64,000 bases of DNA from Candidatus Magasanikbacteria bacterium CG1_02_41_34 (GCA_001871445.1 MNVD01000014.1:28776-92775), one strand, 5' to 3'. Counted from the stretch's first letter, positions 42,401-50,356 are shown. The notes: a model not told the origin generated them from the sequence alone. Numbers and translations are program-made.

Positions 42401-42451
42401 AGTACTCTCCATTGGACACCGTATCAGGGAATTATCGTAATTATCCCATAA
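33464..42451 (+). CDS. Giant (~2995 aa) Cys-rich exported/surface protein
   Basis: Basic N-terminus + hydrophobic segment + VQA; recurrent Cx5GCxx[YF] motifs; CBM-like segment (YQLTFWARG...W...YFLDNVSL). Confidence 0.85.
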   Translation: MNRQRSIKKIKKAQAYIFVSLFLSFQLSFFVMSATQVQAAYVDPGIINIDLPRKVSEIQESVSKSLLSGVLGSLVNMASYFMRTLAYDTASYVASGGKGQGSLIFEKPFGEYIAGVAANSVGEAIDSLGKGFGVNLCAPPDLRLQAQLKVGLDRIYNPVTAAGKSLGNTSGTSASGPQSSCSWQKLKENWSDGIDVGVDINVAADFASEVNVTETDFGYALSAFQQLDSLKATQEKAAELESLVGNGFKSVTDLVSGHVNTPAQQIQDETKALTAKHQGELSSQQIAGIYSSGLWQVIPTAASVFLNTLTSQLLNRLFTGGLVPSEKERGQGVADFYAINSVISQRQVAQRAFSFLTAKTGVKDPSEYDILAEFSVCPSSPGLNNCIMNNDMKTAIDRALIGKPLTLYDAVFKEGFISPNTPLISPRRTADNESLDCYKENLCYSNIQKMRKARIMPLGMEIAALRSDPDNPWTIGEVLQGFEKCPTLNVDGSITSDITNFPFCHLVNPNWILRAPDVRCENRVYSPELLVPESPRRHEDCVDISTCLTEDENGNCVGDKYYGFCTQEKNVWFFPGDTCEPAFASCKAYTNQETRTIVSYLSRTLEYGSCNENAVGCLPYVTEKKAGTEEWKGTKDSIVGDKLSGAMQVLYLNDRITNRENTCPDTADGCTKFVGAERNSMTGAYIQDPAKAYIQDTTRLRSLKKAPNYLGCYDTTFTENSPEVNFPTTPLEIAVLTDDPRCDAYASVCLPEEVGCEAYTPAGGGEAVPGVVGDNFCPAACVGYDTFRQEKTNFESSEYPLYFIPANGTECSAQHVGCDEFTNIDDVSQGGEQLEYYSYIKQCEEPTGDNRSVYYSWEGSESTGFVLRVHTLAKVGSDYEFIPSSLQADFPPESPAYADDSSANLLENDGLCNETLYTNVLSGVPDAPRAFADCRALYDAKGVAYYRLLAETVTVSSACHPIRKTASRLVVSDDITSANTCLRKNGYWDGSSCQVCFGGGNWVAQDGNATQGSCVYYAIDAPGESVSCPASANECRAYTGNAGNNVRPVFESGTDTFEPLGDDADSLSQAKSAWSPADQVSIAAEALQVTFNSLRVNGGAAANSISRSLPAGAFESNTAYQLTFWARGTAQTLSISLQQGDDTRSLTTDPVTNTNLPISISQTWRAYTVGPVIFTGDATAPLDLVFQRAGASNGIYFLDNVSLLRTDENTNRIKNSWKTVEGYDAPAECFADSQNPRGPFPGAALGCQEYTTSLGQTVYATGFERLCREKAVGCAPLWDTFNSDSTEAEVYNARCISGTLTQTRYSRNPVTAATTCTITVESSEYTCSIAAGESSCVIPGPIRLSSDELITPLSAPGTGILVIKEGSASALHFDNPSFFAIVDKSSVYIPADTPFESPVFLTDTPEYICADKYLGCRVTGLEEQHTPDNASAVSYSYTDQGVINLPSTYLGDQGILCVQDQVACSAFTTSDGSTSYFKDPAVNANKLCVYQAPQTNNVDAPEGWFLKSVGHCSQDDAILCDSNAACGEGNTCVEIGESEPCYPTYQTNLESYGLWSNGSQQYSGYVGECPATQNLCTELVDPYDVDTSGKNPDGKPYYVIYDDQVTKNADECGGQASLREGCALFDNTEVPTKSYDTDATYGSSEQRAAKGDINTLVATVSTDKNDANVLLKVQRNRECSEWLACESYEPIQTGDGKQIFACESFARCIAFDGVGCSSWATDNGSTKPSNTFLNLDVYISRDTSWNGAEYTGYSLYNRFGLGDLKIIKFSQSERFSNAGVDADNGYLGYVLSDTYLTDNQGDTCLNATVGDVCGINGEGRCINTQCVVPADGAFDAKDTTLSNIATALGVAECKVPPEQDSPFSFDVIPLIENRDKHGFANNNVTTDLVRYTFSHRPAEVNVCQSGDCTCNYVAVSYGSLVKDYWASDTYHKKSSDISLWGICTGASETEGDYCREDNDCSFGTCQKIDRIETQIGSTGHCLEYDFSRKIFSPSSEPRYACLTWYPSDKSFGNVDTRNLFSAAGYDPAIDASTSSGDTGGQVYCTNSFGRSAGAYEGDGNLLIHQLYGGGSMKNAPGLPIAAYAYDSQSCAPLTIGPNSDNPFFKQKADGSIYLPESWSQVVGCSIDWFSKINTNPFAGYVCGALYAHSYSRSGNIDPSCGLTTIPEYTRKDSLNFLYNLMSGFGWEFIDKNAVVLRVEGDTSSEYSTTGGHHFGYWGKEDTYLVNALVPSMSIIAQMRDTQTLMHPPRFELTDGTFSFDNAVPVGTGGNFIGVKTDTLCLRAGGCPFYEDWPTLATETEGYLNIQALNSVYFIPLRSTAPYSSPVIFQPAILSKDLKIDFRGQLGTKPEVSILSAPDMVGIPVGPDATTKSTKTAVTSYKLERDTASNIPCDGLVSFCSYSGGSDLGQGEKYTYTPSNTANTDDAVAFIQSKRNEVATRYVVVYYPQEQNLLPSFVKNSPSEKFTKPTSIETDPFSAQCVFAVGSTVKTDYFAIGMDFNKDGEFLGYISRNCGYYGMQMAVIATMKDQCSEFVSVYRNVDPTTESNKAWTNRVWKGTQYTLKASYTAQVSQDAQHPPFGSSPFTEQDITTDGADYRAQAALLASVFTNSKFGYPFFCYPGNIASRSVFGDTSRCASLVDDGFDANTVEAFSVFSNKVMGGGYFDGPFIHPFNGEELLSRLFAKYYVKNVFPFDTAVSLDSQHGDLYYTDPDMIEGAHLQYPQIYSLNPITCFPRESAINCSVAKENAFSIGEADNEQYIGKGTYSAKARFFAFADDNRMPIRRVMIDWDDGDTTNKGVFGMYKNKKPYCEPSDTPPTETSLGYCRNQATREFTLVTCQQDLDCPTDGEYHCLHTWSNTPEDVQYGIDEQVGGAEFVAPRFGNMPRACDAKPFEYYHAYGCDNPTQTISMVRDQLTDITYNKLIESGLNDGSKICVYQPKVQVLDNWGYCNGSCNGAGNTGCYNDDGIGGILECDAPDYSTLHWTPYQGIIVIIP

Positions 42452-42464
42452 GCAAAATTAAACA

Positions 42465-42500
42465 AAAAACGACCATTAATATAAAAATGGTCGTTTTTTT
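42465..42500. terminator. Bidirectional terminator
   Basis: AAAAAACGACCATT...AATGGTCGTTTTTTT. Confidence 0.8.
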
Positions 42501-42621
42501 ATCCTTTAGTATGTCATTGAATATAACATGCTAAAGGATCAGGTGTGAGGGCACAAGATCCACTGTTTGTTCTATCGCAAACTTGTTCGTTACACCCTCT
42601 CAAGTGCGATAGTCAGGGGTT

Positions 42622-43065
42622 CTACTCGATCAAGATTCCGCCAAATGAACATCGCTCCATGCCGAGCGGTCGTTCGAGTTGGAATCCCGTGTCTGTCTTG
42701 ACGAGGTCAGACACGTACACATGAAAAGATGGCGTACACTTCGCGACACAGACCCCTTCGCTCTCGTAGAGCTCTAGAGTGCATTGCCCCGTGGTACCGA
42801 TGCCATTCTCGAGCGCACATGTGATGGTGTCACCGATGTGCTCGTAGAGCCACGGGTAGGTCTCACAGCCCTGCGCCGCGGGGACCGTGTCAGCCGCCTT
42901 CGGGATCGACGACGTGTCGGTCGGGTAGGGGCTGTCGGCCTTGCCGGAATCGGAGGAGTACGTGTCACTCCCGGCTTGGCCCGGGCTGTTGTCTCCACAC
43001 GCGGTGAAGGGAAAGAACAGGAGAGCCGCCAGGATGGCGGCGAAGGTGGTCAGCTGCTGGATCAT
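42622..43065 (-). CDS. GC-rich orphan, putative lipoprotein with Cys-rich C-terminal domain
   Basis: AAGGAG RBS; hydrophobic signal ending FTA-C; S/T/D/P linker; six further Cys. Confidence 0.7.
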   Translation of the reverse strand: MIQQLTTFAAILAALLFFPFTACGDNSPGQAGSDTYSSDSGKADSPYPTDTSSIPKAADTVPAAQGCETYPWLYEHIGDTITCALENGIGTTGQCTLELYESEGVCVAKCTPSFHVYVSDLVKTDTGFQLERPLGMERCSFGGILIE

Positions 43066-43356
43066 GGCGGTCGCTCCTTGTCCCGACTGAGTCGGGACGG
43101 AAAGGGAAGGGTTGAGTTCGGACAGACGATGACACATCATCATTTCTCGGAACCCAATCCTTCTGTAGTGGAGGACGCCTTGTTGTTCTTCTCACACACC
43201 ATTATGTGATATCCCATATCCATATATGACATATAGGTAAAGGATACGATTGAAAAAGAACGAGATATATATTTCCCTCAGAAGAGAAACATTCCTCCAA
43301 ATTGAGCATAGTATAAAAAATATGATTTGTCAATATGTCAAGGGGATAACATTCTT

Positions 43357-43525
43357 CACGTAACACGCCGTGCCTGCCGGCAGGCTGGTAACAAGTTTGT
43401 AGCGCACGGGTTTGGTTTGCAAAACGACAGTCTTGGGTATGCAATGCTATCCATTATATATTTTTTTACCCTGTTAATACCTCCTTGTTACATGTTATGT
43501 GATTTGTGTTTCGTGAAGTTACGTG
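43357..43525 (+). repeat. Heptamer-armed hairpin element, copy A
   Basis: TAACAAG-TTTGTA...GTCTT..TATGCAATG-CTATC-CATTATATA...CTTGTTA flanked by inverted TA[A/G]CAC[A/G] arrays. Confidence 0.8.
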
Positions 43526-43588
43526 TATATTGACATGCCAGCCTAATTCCGACATACTAGATATATCTATACACCTAACTTCACACAT

Positions 43589-44053
43589 ATGGAGGAATCA
43601 ACCACAAAAAAACTTACCCTTGACGACAAAGTGGATATTCTTATAGAAAAAGTGGATGGGAATACCAAAAACATAGACTCTCTCACAGATACCCTTTCAG
43701 AATTTATGGGCTTTGTTCGGGATAACATGGCGACAAAAGATGATATTGAAGACCTTAGGAAAGAGGTAAAAGGTGATAGTGCTACCCTCAGGACAGAATT
43801 AAAAGGCGAGATGGCTGAGATGAAGGAAGAAATTGGGGACTTGCGTTTGGAGATGCAAGCGGGCTTTCGTGGCATAGAAAAGGAGTTAATGGACATCAAA
43901 GCATCGCTCGACCGTCTTGAGAAAAAAACACAAGAAGATGATGATGCAACAGTACAAGAAATCTTCCTTCTCAAAAAACGGGTCGCCCAGGTTGAGAAAG
44001 AATTAGTACTTCTCAAAAAGGATCAAAAACATCACGTAACACATAGCACGTAA
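43589..44053 (+). CDS. Coiled-coil hypothetical protein
   Basis: TTGACA-N17-CATACT promoter at 43530; MATKDDI..LR.E heptad/hendecad pattern; stop supplied by repeat copy B. Confidence 0.8.
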   Translation: MEESTTKKLTLDDKVDILIEKVDGNTKNIDSLTDTLSEFMGFVRDNMATKDDIEDLRKEVKGDSATLRTELKGEMAEMKEEIGDLRLEMQAGFRGIEKELMDIKASLDRLEKKTQEDDDATVQEIFLLKKRVAQVEKELVLLKKDQKHHVTHST

Positions 44054-44211
44054 CATGTAGCATGTAACATGTCTGTAATGCGTTAGTTGAGTGGCACACA
44101 GTGGTCTTGGATATGCAATGAACCCATTGTATATTTTTTGCTCTTGTTAGCTTCGACCATGTTACCAGCCTGCCGGCAGGCACGGCGTGCTAAGTGATAT
44201 GTGTATCGTGA
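44033..44211 (+). repeat. Heptamer-armed hairpin element, copy B
   Basis: TAACATG-TCTGTAA...GGTCTT..ATATGCAATG-AACC-CATTGTATAT...CATGTTA. Confidence 0.8.
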
Positions 44212-44239
44212 CATAGGATTTGCTTGTACATACATGAAT

Positions 44240-44311
44240 GGAGTAACGAACGCAAGTTCGTTTGTTAGCGGCGAGTACCTTGCTAATAGACGAACTTGCG
44301 TTCGTCACTCC
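44240..44311. repeat. Inverted REP doublet (ACGAAC-GCAA-GTTCGT)
   Basis: 30-bp arms with 27 Watson-Crick pairs, each arm internally palindromic. Confidence 0.75.
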
Positions 44312-44360
44312 TGCAGTATGGTAGGAAATATTTTGATCTTGACTATGTCGAGACAGGATG

Positions 44361-44493
44361 ATAGCACGTAGCACGTTTGTAAGGAGAAGGTCTTCCATAT
44401 GCAATTCTACCCATTGCATATTCACCCAAACCCATAGCTCCGACCTTGCTACATGTTTCGTGTTACGTGCTATGTGCTCCATGTTCCGTGTTA
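44361..44493 (+). repeat. Heptamer-armed hairpin element, copy C (shorter)
   Basis: TAGCACG-TTTGTAA...GGTCTT..ATATGCAAT-TCTACCC-ATTGCATAT...CTTGCTA. Confidence 0.78.
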
Positions 44494-44565
44494 TAAAATC
44501 TGTCCCCATTTCCCTCTACGCAAGTCAAAATTTGTGATATACTCTGTGTATATTTATCCTGTTCC

Positions 44566-47500
44566 ATGCTTGCACGGATAACACACTACAATCGAGCCTT
44601 TTTTTCGCTATGTAAGAAACTTCTCCCGAAAGGACGTGCGAAGTTTTTTGTATTGCCGGTTGTTGGTGCGATTGCAAGTATTGGTATTTTCGTGGTCGTC
44701 GATCCTGCACATGCACAGGGGTTTTTAGAAGATATCATAAATGGCATGATGGTCTTTTTTAGCTGGGTCATGTTTATTCTTGCGCGATTGTTTATTGGTA
44801 TTACGATTTTTGCTCTCAAGTTTTTTATAGAAGTCGCATCATACAACAATTTTATTAATACGCCTACCGTCAAGATCGGTTGGTTCCTTGTGCGTGATGT
44901 AGCAAATATGTTTTTTGTGGTACTGCTTCTCGTCATTGCCTTTGGGACGATCCTAGGCCTGGAGCAATATGAATGGAAAAAGACACTGATCAAGTTGATT
45001 CTTGCGGCAGTCTTTATCAATTTTTCCAACATGATCGCACAGCTCATCATTGATGTGGCGCATGTCTTTACTATTACCTTTGTCAATGCAATATCAGCGA
45101 CAGCGGGAGGTAATATTATTCAGTTGTTCAATATCGACTCGGTGTATAAAATCACCGGGGCAGACAAGCTCGGCGTAGGGGGGGATCTTAAAATAGAGGC
45201 ATTTGCCGCTTCGGTAGCGTCATTTTTGCTGGCACTCATCATGATGACGACGATGGGCGCGTTTGCGATCGTCATGGCGGCTCGCATGGTCATTTTATGG
45301 GTACTCATCATTTTGTCTCCTCTCGCCTATATTTTTCAAGTTATTCCCCAAACACAAAAGTATGCTCAAGAGTGGTGGAGTGAATTTACCAATCATGTCA
45401 TCGTCGCGCCAGTTATGGTGTTTTTTCTCTGGCTTGCGTTTGCGACACTCAATAGCTCCGTACCACAGCTTGATTTTGGAAGTGCTGGAGCAGAAGCGAC
45501 AAGCGTTATAGGGAGTGGGGCACAAGTCGTTGACGCGCAGAAGAAATTGAGTATTTCAGATGCAACGACCTGGGAGAATCTTGCGAGCTTTATGATTGCT
45601 ACGGTCTTTCTTATTATTGGTCTGAAAACTGTGCGGAATCTCGGTGTTGTTGCTGGTGGTTTGACCTCGAGTGCAACAGGATTTGTGAAGAATGTTGCGA
45701 CTATTGCGACGGGAATTACTGCTGCTCGTGCTGTTGGTAGATATGCAAAGAAGAAGGGTGATGAAAATTTTCTTCAGCCTGTACGTGAATTTGGTGATCG
45801 TGTCAAGAAACGTGTCAATATTGCCAGAGCAAAAGTGCCGTATTTACGAAAAATTCCGTTTATTGGGAGAATGGGTCAATTGCGTCGTCAAAAATTAAAT
45901 GAGGAACTCGACCGAAATAGTAAAATGACAGATGAAAATATTATTGATACTATAAGTCGAAAGGAAAATATAGGGACGTTGGATAGAATTGGAAATAAAT
46001 TTGGGTTTGGTATTGAGTCGTGGAAGAAAAAAAGATATAAGCTCGAAGCTGAATCTGATATTATACAAGCAGAAAAAGCAGAATCAAAACGAGAGCGTAA
46101 AGCAAAAGCTGCGGCTGCTTTTGCTGATAAAGCAAATAAAGTAATCAAAGAAAATGGCGGAGAAAAACAAATTGCAGCTGAAAAAGAAAAAGCGCTAAAC
46201 ACTTTTCGAAATGCTGAGGAGAATAAAGATGAGCTTGCTGAAGTTGGAGATGACTGGGCGAATGGAAAAGTGAATGCTGACGCCATGAAAGCGCAGGCAA
46301 TACGGACTCTCCAAGAGGAAACAGAAGAAATTTTGAAAGAAGGATTTGAGGCTACTGATGATGGTAAAAAATTGGAAGCCCCTGTAGCTGCTTTGCAGAC
46401 GCATCTTCAGGGTGTTACAGAAACGTATAAAACAGAATTTCAAAAATATTTGAATGGGCTTGCCGCAAAAGATTTGGAACCAATCATAGCAGATGATTTT
46501 ACTGATAAAGACAAACAAAAAATTGCTGATGCAAGAAAGGCTGATCCAACAAAACAGGATGCTGAAATTATACAAACATTAGTGCGTAATGGACAAATTG
46601 CTGTCGATCCTGAGAGTGAAACAGGAAAAGCGCTTCGTGAAGAATTTGAACAAACGACGACTGGCAAAGGAACTATGGCTGCTATTGCTGGTGTAAACAC
46701 TAACTTAGAAGCATCCCGTACTGCGAAACAGGTCGCGCTTGACGCGTATAAGAAAGAAAACGGTTCAAAAGCAGAAGAAAAAGCATTAGCAAAGTCTGGT
46801 TTTAAAGAGAGAGTCGCTAGTGCAAAGAAAAAAGTAATAAATGAAGAAAACGTAAAACGTCGAGAACAGGCAGAAAGGGCGTTTGGCGAAACAGAACCTG
46901 CAAAGAAGCTTGTAGCAAAGTCTCAAGAAAATATTCTTCAGTTAGCAAATGATATCGCTAAAGGTAAAACAAAATTGCCTGGAAATCCAGATCTCAAAAC
47001 ACGACAAGGTATTGCCGAGCGATTGCGTATGCAGGCAAAAACTATGGGTGCTGACAGACAAGAAGCCGAGAAAAAGCGAGCAGATGCTCAAATTGCTGGT
47101 ACATTACAGAAAACTGAATTTGGCCAAGCTATGATGATGCAGCAGGATATCGCAGAGAGGGCAGAAGCTGCTTCTAAAGATACGGCAGAGATATTTAAGA
47201 ATGAAAAAATTACCAAAGAACTCAAACATACAGCAGAATTGTTAGCCCAAAAAATGAAACTCGGGGGAGGCGAAGCTGCTGCGGCGATTGATAAAGCGTT
47301 GAAAAAAAATATATATGCTCAGTCTGCCGAGCAATCTCAAATACTCGAAAAGACTAAGTTTGATAGAGGACGACAAGACACATTGCTGAAAGAAGCTGCG
47401 AATGGGCTTGCTGTTGAGAAAAAAAATAATGGAGAGGCTACTCCTACTCAGGCTTTGATTCCTTATATAAAACGAGACATCGAAGCATTGAGCGGACAAG

Positions 47501-48813
47501 AAGCCGATGCTGCAGGAGCATATGCTCAAAAGTTATTGGCTCATATTTTGTATGATGCTTCTGCTGGAAAAATGACAGGAGAACAGCACGCTGCTCTTAT
47601 GACGACTGTTATGAGTCTTGCCAAAGGTGGATATCTGGACGATGCGGTAGGATCTGTGTTGAAAAATGTTGATAAGTTAGACACGGGCGTAATAACGGAA
47701 GATTCTGATGAAGGAAAACAAACCAAAAATTTGAAGACTATTTTTAACCAGTTGGGTATTTTGCAGAAAGATGCACAAGGTGCATGGATATACAATAGGA
47801 CCAACGCAGCACGATTGCAACAGCTTGTGGTGTCTGGTGGAGACGCTGCGCTTGTGAGTGACAATAAAATGATTAGTGATATCCAGCAACAAGCACAAAG
47901 AGATGGTAGCGTAAAACTCAAAAATGATCAGAAAATTGAAGCAGCTGATTCGTACCAAGCAATGCTTGAAAAGTTAAGTGCCGCGGGTATGTTGTTATCA
48001 GGCACCGTAGATAAATTCAAAGAAAAACTTGAGGCTTCACAAGAGTTTATGCAAGAAGGGGCAAGTTATTTCAAACGAGAGGCACTCAATACCAATCATC
48101 CTGAAGTCGGTGGTCATTTTAAATATGATGATGATCTTGGCATGTACCGCATGTCGACAGTAAAGGAAGCTGATGATTTGATGGCGGCAGAACAGGCAAA
48201 GAGAAAAGGAAAATTAGCAACACAAATTCATGGATTGGGAACAATTGGTTTGGTAGATGGTCAGTTGAAAGCTATTGATCGGCAGGCCGCGACTAGTATC
48301 TTGGAAGAATTGAAGTCTTCTCAGGCAACCAGACAAATGCCACAGAGAACTGTCAATCGTATGTTGGGGTATGAGCAAAATGAAGAGATGGCAACCGATG
48401 CACAGGGAAATGTGATAGTAGGAAAGAGTGACGCGTATATAGACAAAAATCATGGAAATTTTGATAATTATATGAAGAACATTGTTCTTCCTATGCTTCT
48501 TGCCAACTCTGAATCACTCAAGTACATCGCGAGAGAAAAGGCACAACATGTGGATACCATAAGTTCTGATCGTGGTATGGCTCGAATATCTATTGCTGGT
48601 CATATAACAGGAGAAACCAATAGCGCTTTATTGAAAGACGTTATTAGGTATGCAACAGAAAACGGACGTAACTTATTGAATGATGCTGATTTAACCACGT
48701 TGCGACGAGGTGTGGAAGCATCGGAGAAAAAGGAAGCTACGTTAGATAAGAGGGGAAGGGTAAGTAAGGCTGATCAAGAAGCAGAAGAGGAACGACAATC
48801 TCGCGAGTCTTGA
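44566..48813 (+). CDS. Extended VirB6/TrbL-like polytopic membrane protein with ~1000 aa hydrophilic helical tail
   Basis: GW..VRD.ANMFF...L..IAF.TIL, L...INFS, R.V.LW.LIILSPLA, ..WW..F patterns; upstream of prgI/virB4. Confidence 0.75.
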   Translation: MLARITHYNRAFFSLCKKLLPKGRAKFFVLPVVGAIASIGIFVVVDPAHAQGFLEDIINGMMVFFSWVMFILARLFIGITIFALKFFIEVASYNNFINTPTVKIGWFLVRDVANMFFVVLLLVIAFGTILGLEQYEWKKTLIKLILAAVFINFSNMIAQLIIDVAHVFTITFVNAISATAGGNIIQLFNIDSVYKITGADKLGVGGDLKIEAFAASVASFLLALIMMTTMGAFAIVMAARMVILWVLIILSPLAYIFQVIPQTQKYAQEWWSEFTNHVIVAPVMVFFLWLAFATLNSSVPQLDFGSAGAEATSVIGSGAQVVDAQKKLSISDATTWENLASFMIATVFLIIGLKTVRNLGVVAGGLTSSATGFVKNVATIATGITAARAVGRYAKKKGDENFLQPVREFGDRVKKRVNIARAKVPYLRKIPFIGRMGQLRRQKLNEELDRNSKMTDENIIDTISRKENIGTLDRIGNKFGFGIESWKKKRYKLEAESDIIQAEKAESKRERKAKAAAAFADKANKVIKENGGEKQIAAEKEKALNTFRNAEENKDELAEVGDDWANGKVNADAMKAQAIRTLQEETEEILKEGFEATDDGKKLEAPVAALQTHLQGVTETYKTEFQKYLNGLAAKDLEPIIADDFTDKDKQKIADARKADPTKQDAEIIQTLVRNGQIAVDPESETGKALREEFEQTTTGKGTMAAIAGVNTNLEASRTAKQVALDAYKKENGSKAEEKALAKSGFKERVASAKKKVINEENVKRREQAERAFGETEPAKKLVAKSQENILQLANDIAKGKTKLPGNPDLKTRQGIAERLRMQAKTMGADRQEAEKKRADAQIAGTLQKTEFGQAMMMQQDIAERAEAASKDTAEIFKNEKITKELKHTAELLAQKMKLGGGEAAAAIDKALKKNIYAQSAEQSQILEKTKFDRGRQDTLLKEAANGLAVEKKNNGEATPTQALIPYIKRDIEALSGQEADAAGAYAQKLLAHILYDASAGKMTGEQHAALMTTVMSLAKGGYLDDAVGSVLKNVDKLDTGVITEDSDEGKQTKNLKTIFNQLGILQKDAQGAWIYNRTNAARLQQLVVSGGDAALVSDNKMISDIQQQAQRDGSVKLKNDQKIEAADSYQAMLEKLSAAGMLLSGTVDKFKEKLEASQEFMQEGASYFKREALNTNHPEVGGHFKYDDDLGMYRMSTVKEADDLMAAEQAKRKGKLATQIHGLGTIGLVDGQLKAIDRQAATSILEELKSSQATRQMPQRTVNRMLGYEQNEEMATDAQGNVIVGKSDAYIDKNHGNFDNYMKNIVLPMLLANSESLKYIAREKAQHVDTISSDRGMARISIAGHITGETNSALLKDVIRYATENGRNLLNDADLTTLRRGVEASEKKEATLDKRGRVSKADQEAEEERQSRES

Positions 48814-48856
48814 TGTCCATTGGTAACAACACTATATCATTGCAATTAGTCTTCGT

Positions 48857-50356
48857 ATGATGTTAGAAGAAAAACAATTTGAACAATTTCACACGAGTGA
48901 CTTTATAAAAAGTGTGGAGGCATTTCGTGCACTTGAACAATTTTTTGCAGGGCAAACTGTTGTTCGTTTTTCAGAAGATCCACAGTCATTCCCTGTCATG
49001 ATTCGTGATATTGCTGATATCGCAGATACCTATACAAAAGAAACGTCGGAAGCCTATCCGTTTGTCCAAGAAAAGAGTGTGCTGGAAATGTTTGATATGG
49101 ATACGGTCACCACATTTGTGAAGACATGGAATGCCTGGATTGCTTCATATACACAGATACCCGACACATCGTCAATTGAAGATCAGACGTATCGAGTGGT
49201 TTCTTCTGCCGACATGAATAATTTTGCAAAGAAGTGCGGTGTTGCTCCAGACAGTATCAATTTTTTGACTACCCAGTATGATGGCTTTTCCGATGTGGTA
49301 AAACAGAATATCTCACGTACATTTGGAGACGTTGAAAACAGTGGTGAGGATATGATAGCTCAGATAGAACTTCTTGCTGGATTTTTGAAAGTTTCTTCTA
49401 TACAAACATATTCGACAGATGAATTTAAAGCAGTACTTGCTGGAGATATTTCTACATACGAAGGACCTCGTCTTGCTGCTACGATTCGGTATATGCTCGA
49501 TAATGATGAGGGACTAGCGTTAAGTGCGATTGCGTATGAACATTTGCATGTGGTGGATATCTACAAAAAATCGACATATACTTGGGACGAAGCTTTTTAT
49601 CTGACGGCGTTGCTCCATGCACCGTTCATCCATTTCCGACGGTTGTATTGGGAATTTCAAGAATTTTGGCTGATGTTTTATTTCGTCAAGGCACAAATTG
49701 CTGGTGTTCCATTGACACATATTTTGCAAGACTATTTGTATCAAGAGACAGCGACACTCCTAGAGTATGCAGAAGAAAATATTTTTTTGATGAAGAGTCT
49801 TGATAAAAATAAGGAAATGTTGCCTCTTGGATTGGATGGAGAAGCCATTGCGCTCAGTGCTTTGTATAAGGATTACATGCTTCGATTGGGAGACAAATTC
49901 AATGATGGTTACCGAAGAGAAGAATATATCCAAGAGCATGTGGTACACGTGAAACACAAAGAATTATGGAAGCATGTTCTCAGAACAGTGTTGTATATCT
50001 ATAGCCATATAAAATCTGTAGATCTTATTGAAAAAAATAGGGGATCCGAACCGACAGAAAAAGAAATATATGACAATCAACTTCGACATCTCTTGACGTG
50101 GTGGATGGATGAAGATTTTTGGCAACTGATTGCAGACTTCTTTACAAAACCACACACGCCACCTGCTATTGTCCCCTTGCACGCAGTTATAGCACAGATT
50201 CAACAACACGAATCACTCGAAGATCCCAAAGTGCAAGATAAAGCTGTCCGATTCAACGAATTTTTGCGTGAGCAGGGTGTGTTAAAAGAGGAGCAAGATA
50301 TTGTTGTGTATAATGAACAGACAACGACATTTGAATGGAATAAAGATATTTTCTAA
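48857..50356 (+). CDS. Hypothetical cytoplasmic protein
   Basis: 499 aa ORF co-oriented within the T4SS-like cluster. Confidence 0.75.
   Translation: MMLEEKQFEQFHTSDFIKSVEAFRALEQFFAGQTVVRFSEDPQSFPVMIRDIADIADTYTKETSEAYPFVQEKSVLEMFDMDTVTTFVKTWNAWIASYTQIPDTSSIEDQTYRVVSSADMNNFAKKCGVAPDSINFLTTQYDGFSDVVKQNISRTFGDVENSGEDMIAQIELLAGFLKVSSIQTYSTDEFKAVLAGDISTYEGPRLAATIRYMLDNDEGLALSAIAYEHLHVVDIYKKSTYTWDEAFYLTALLHAPFIHFRRLYWEFQEFWLMFYFVKAQIAGVPLTHILQDYLYQETATLLEYAEENIFLMKSLDKNKEMLPLGLDGEAIALSALYKDYMLRLGDKFNDGYRREEYIQEHVVHVKHKELWKHVLRTVLYIYSHIKSVDLIEKNRGSEPTEKEIYDNQLRHLLTWWMDEDFWQLIADFFTKPHTPPAIVPLHAVIAQIQQHESLEDPKVQDKAVRFNEFLREQGVLKEEQDIVVYNEQTTTFEWNKDIF

Noticed and set aside
33464-42451. Diversity-generating retroelement target
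   Set aside because: No reverse transcriptase in the window and no adenine-variant template/variable repeat pair seen by eye.
42784-43209. Plus-strand 141-aa ORF and other overlapping ORFs in the GC-rich island
   Set aside because: Stop-poor shadows of high-GC DNA; only the minus-strand ORF has an RBS and signal peptide.
44033-44211. Integron attC sites (TAAC...GTTA ends overlapping stop codons)
   Set aside because: Ends do not fit RYYYAAC/GTTRRRY, copy D is inverted, flanked genes are core T4SS-like genes and no integrase is in the window; kept only as a loose analogy.
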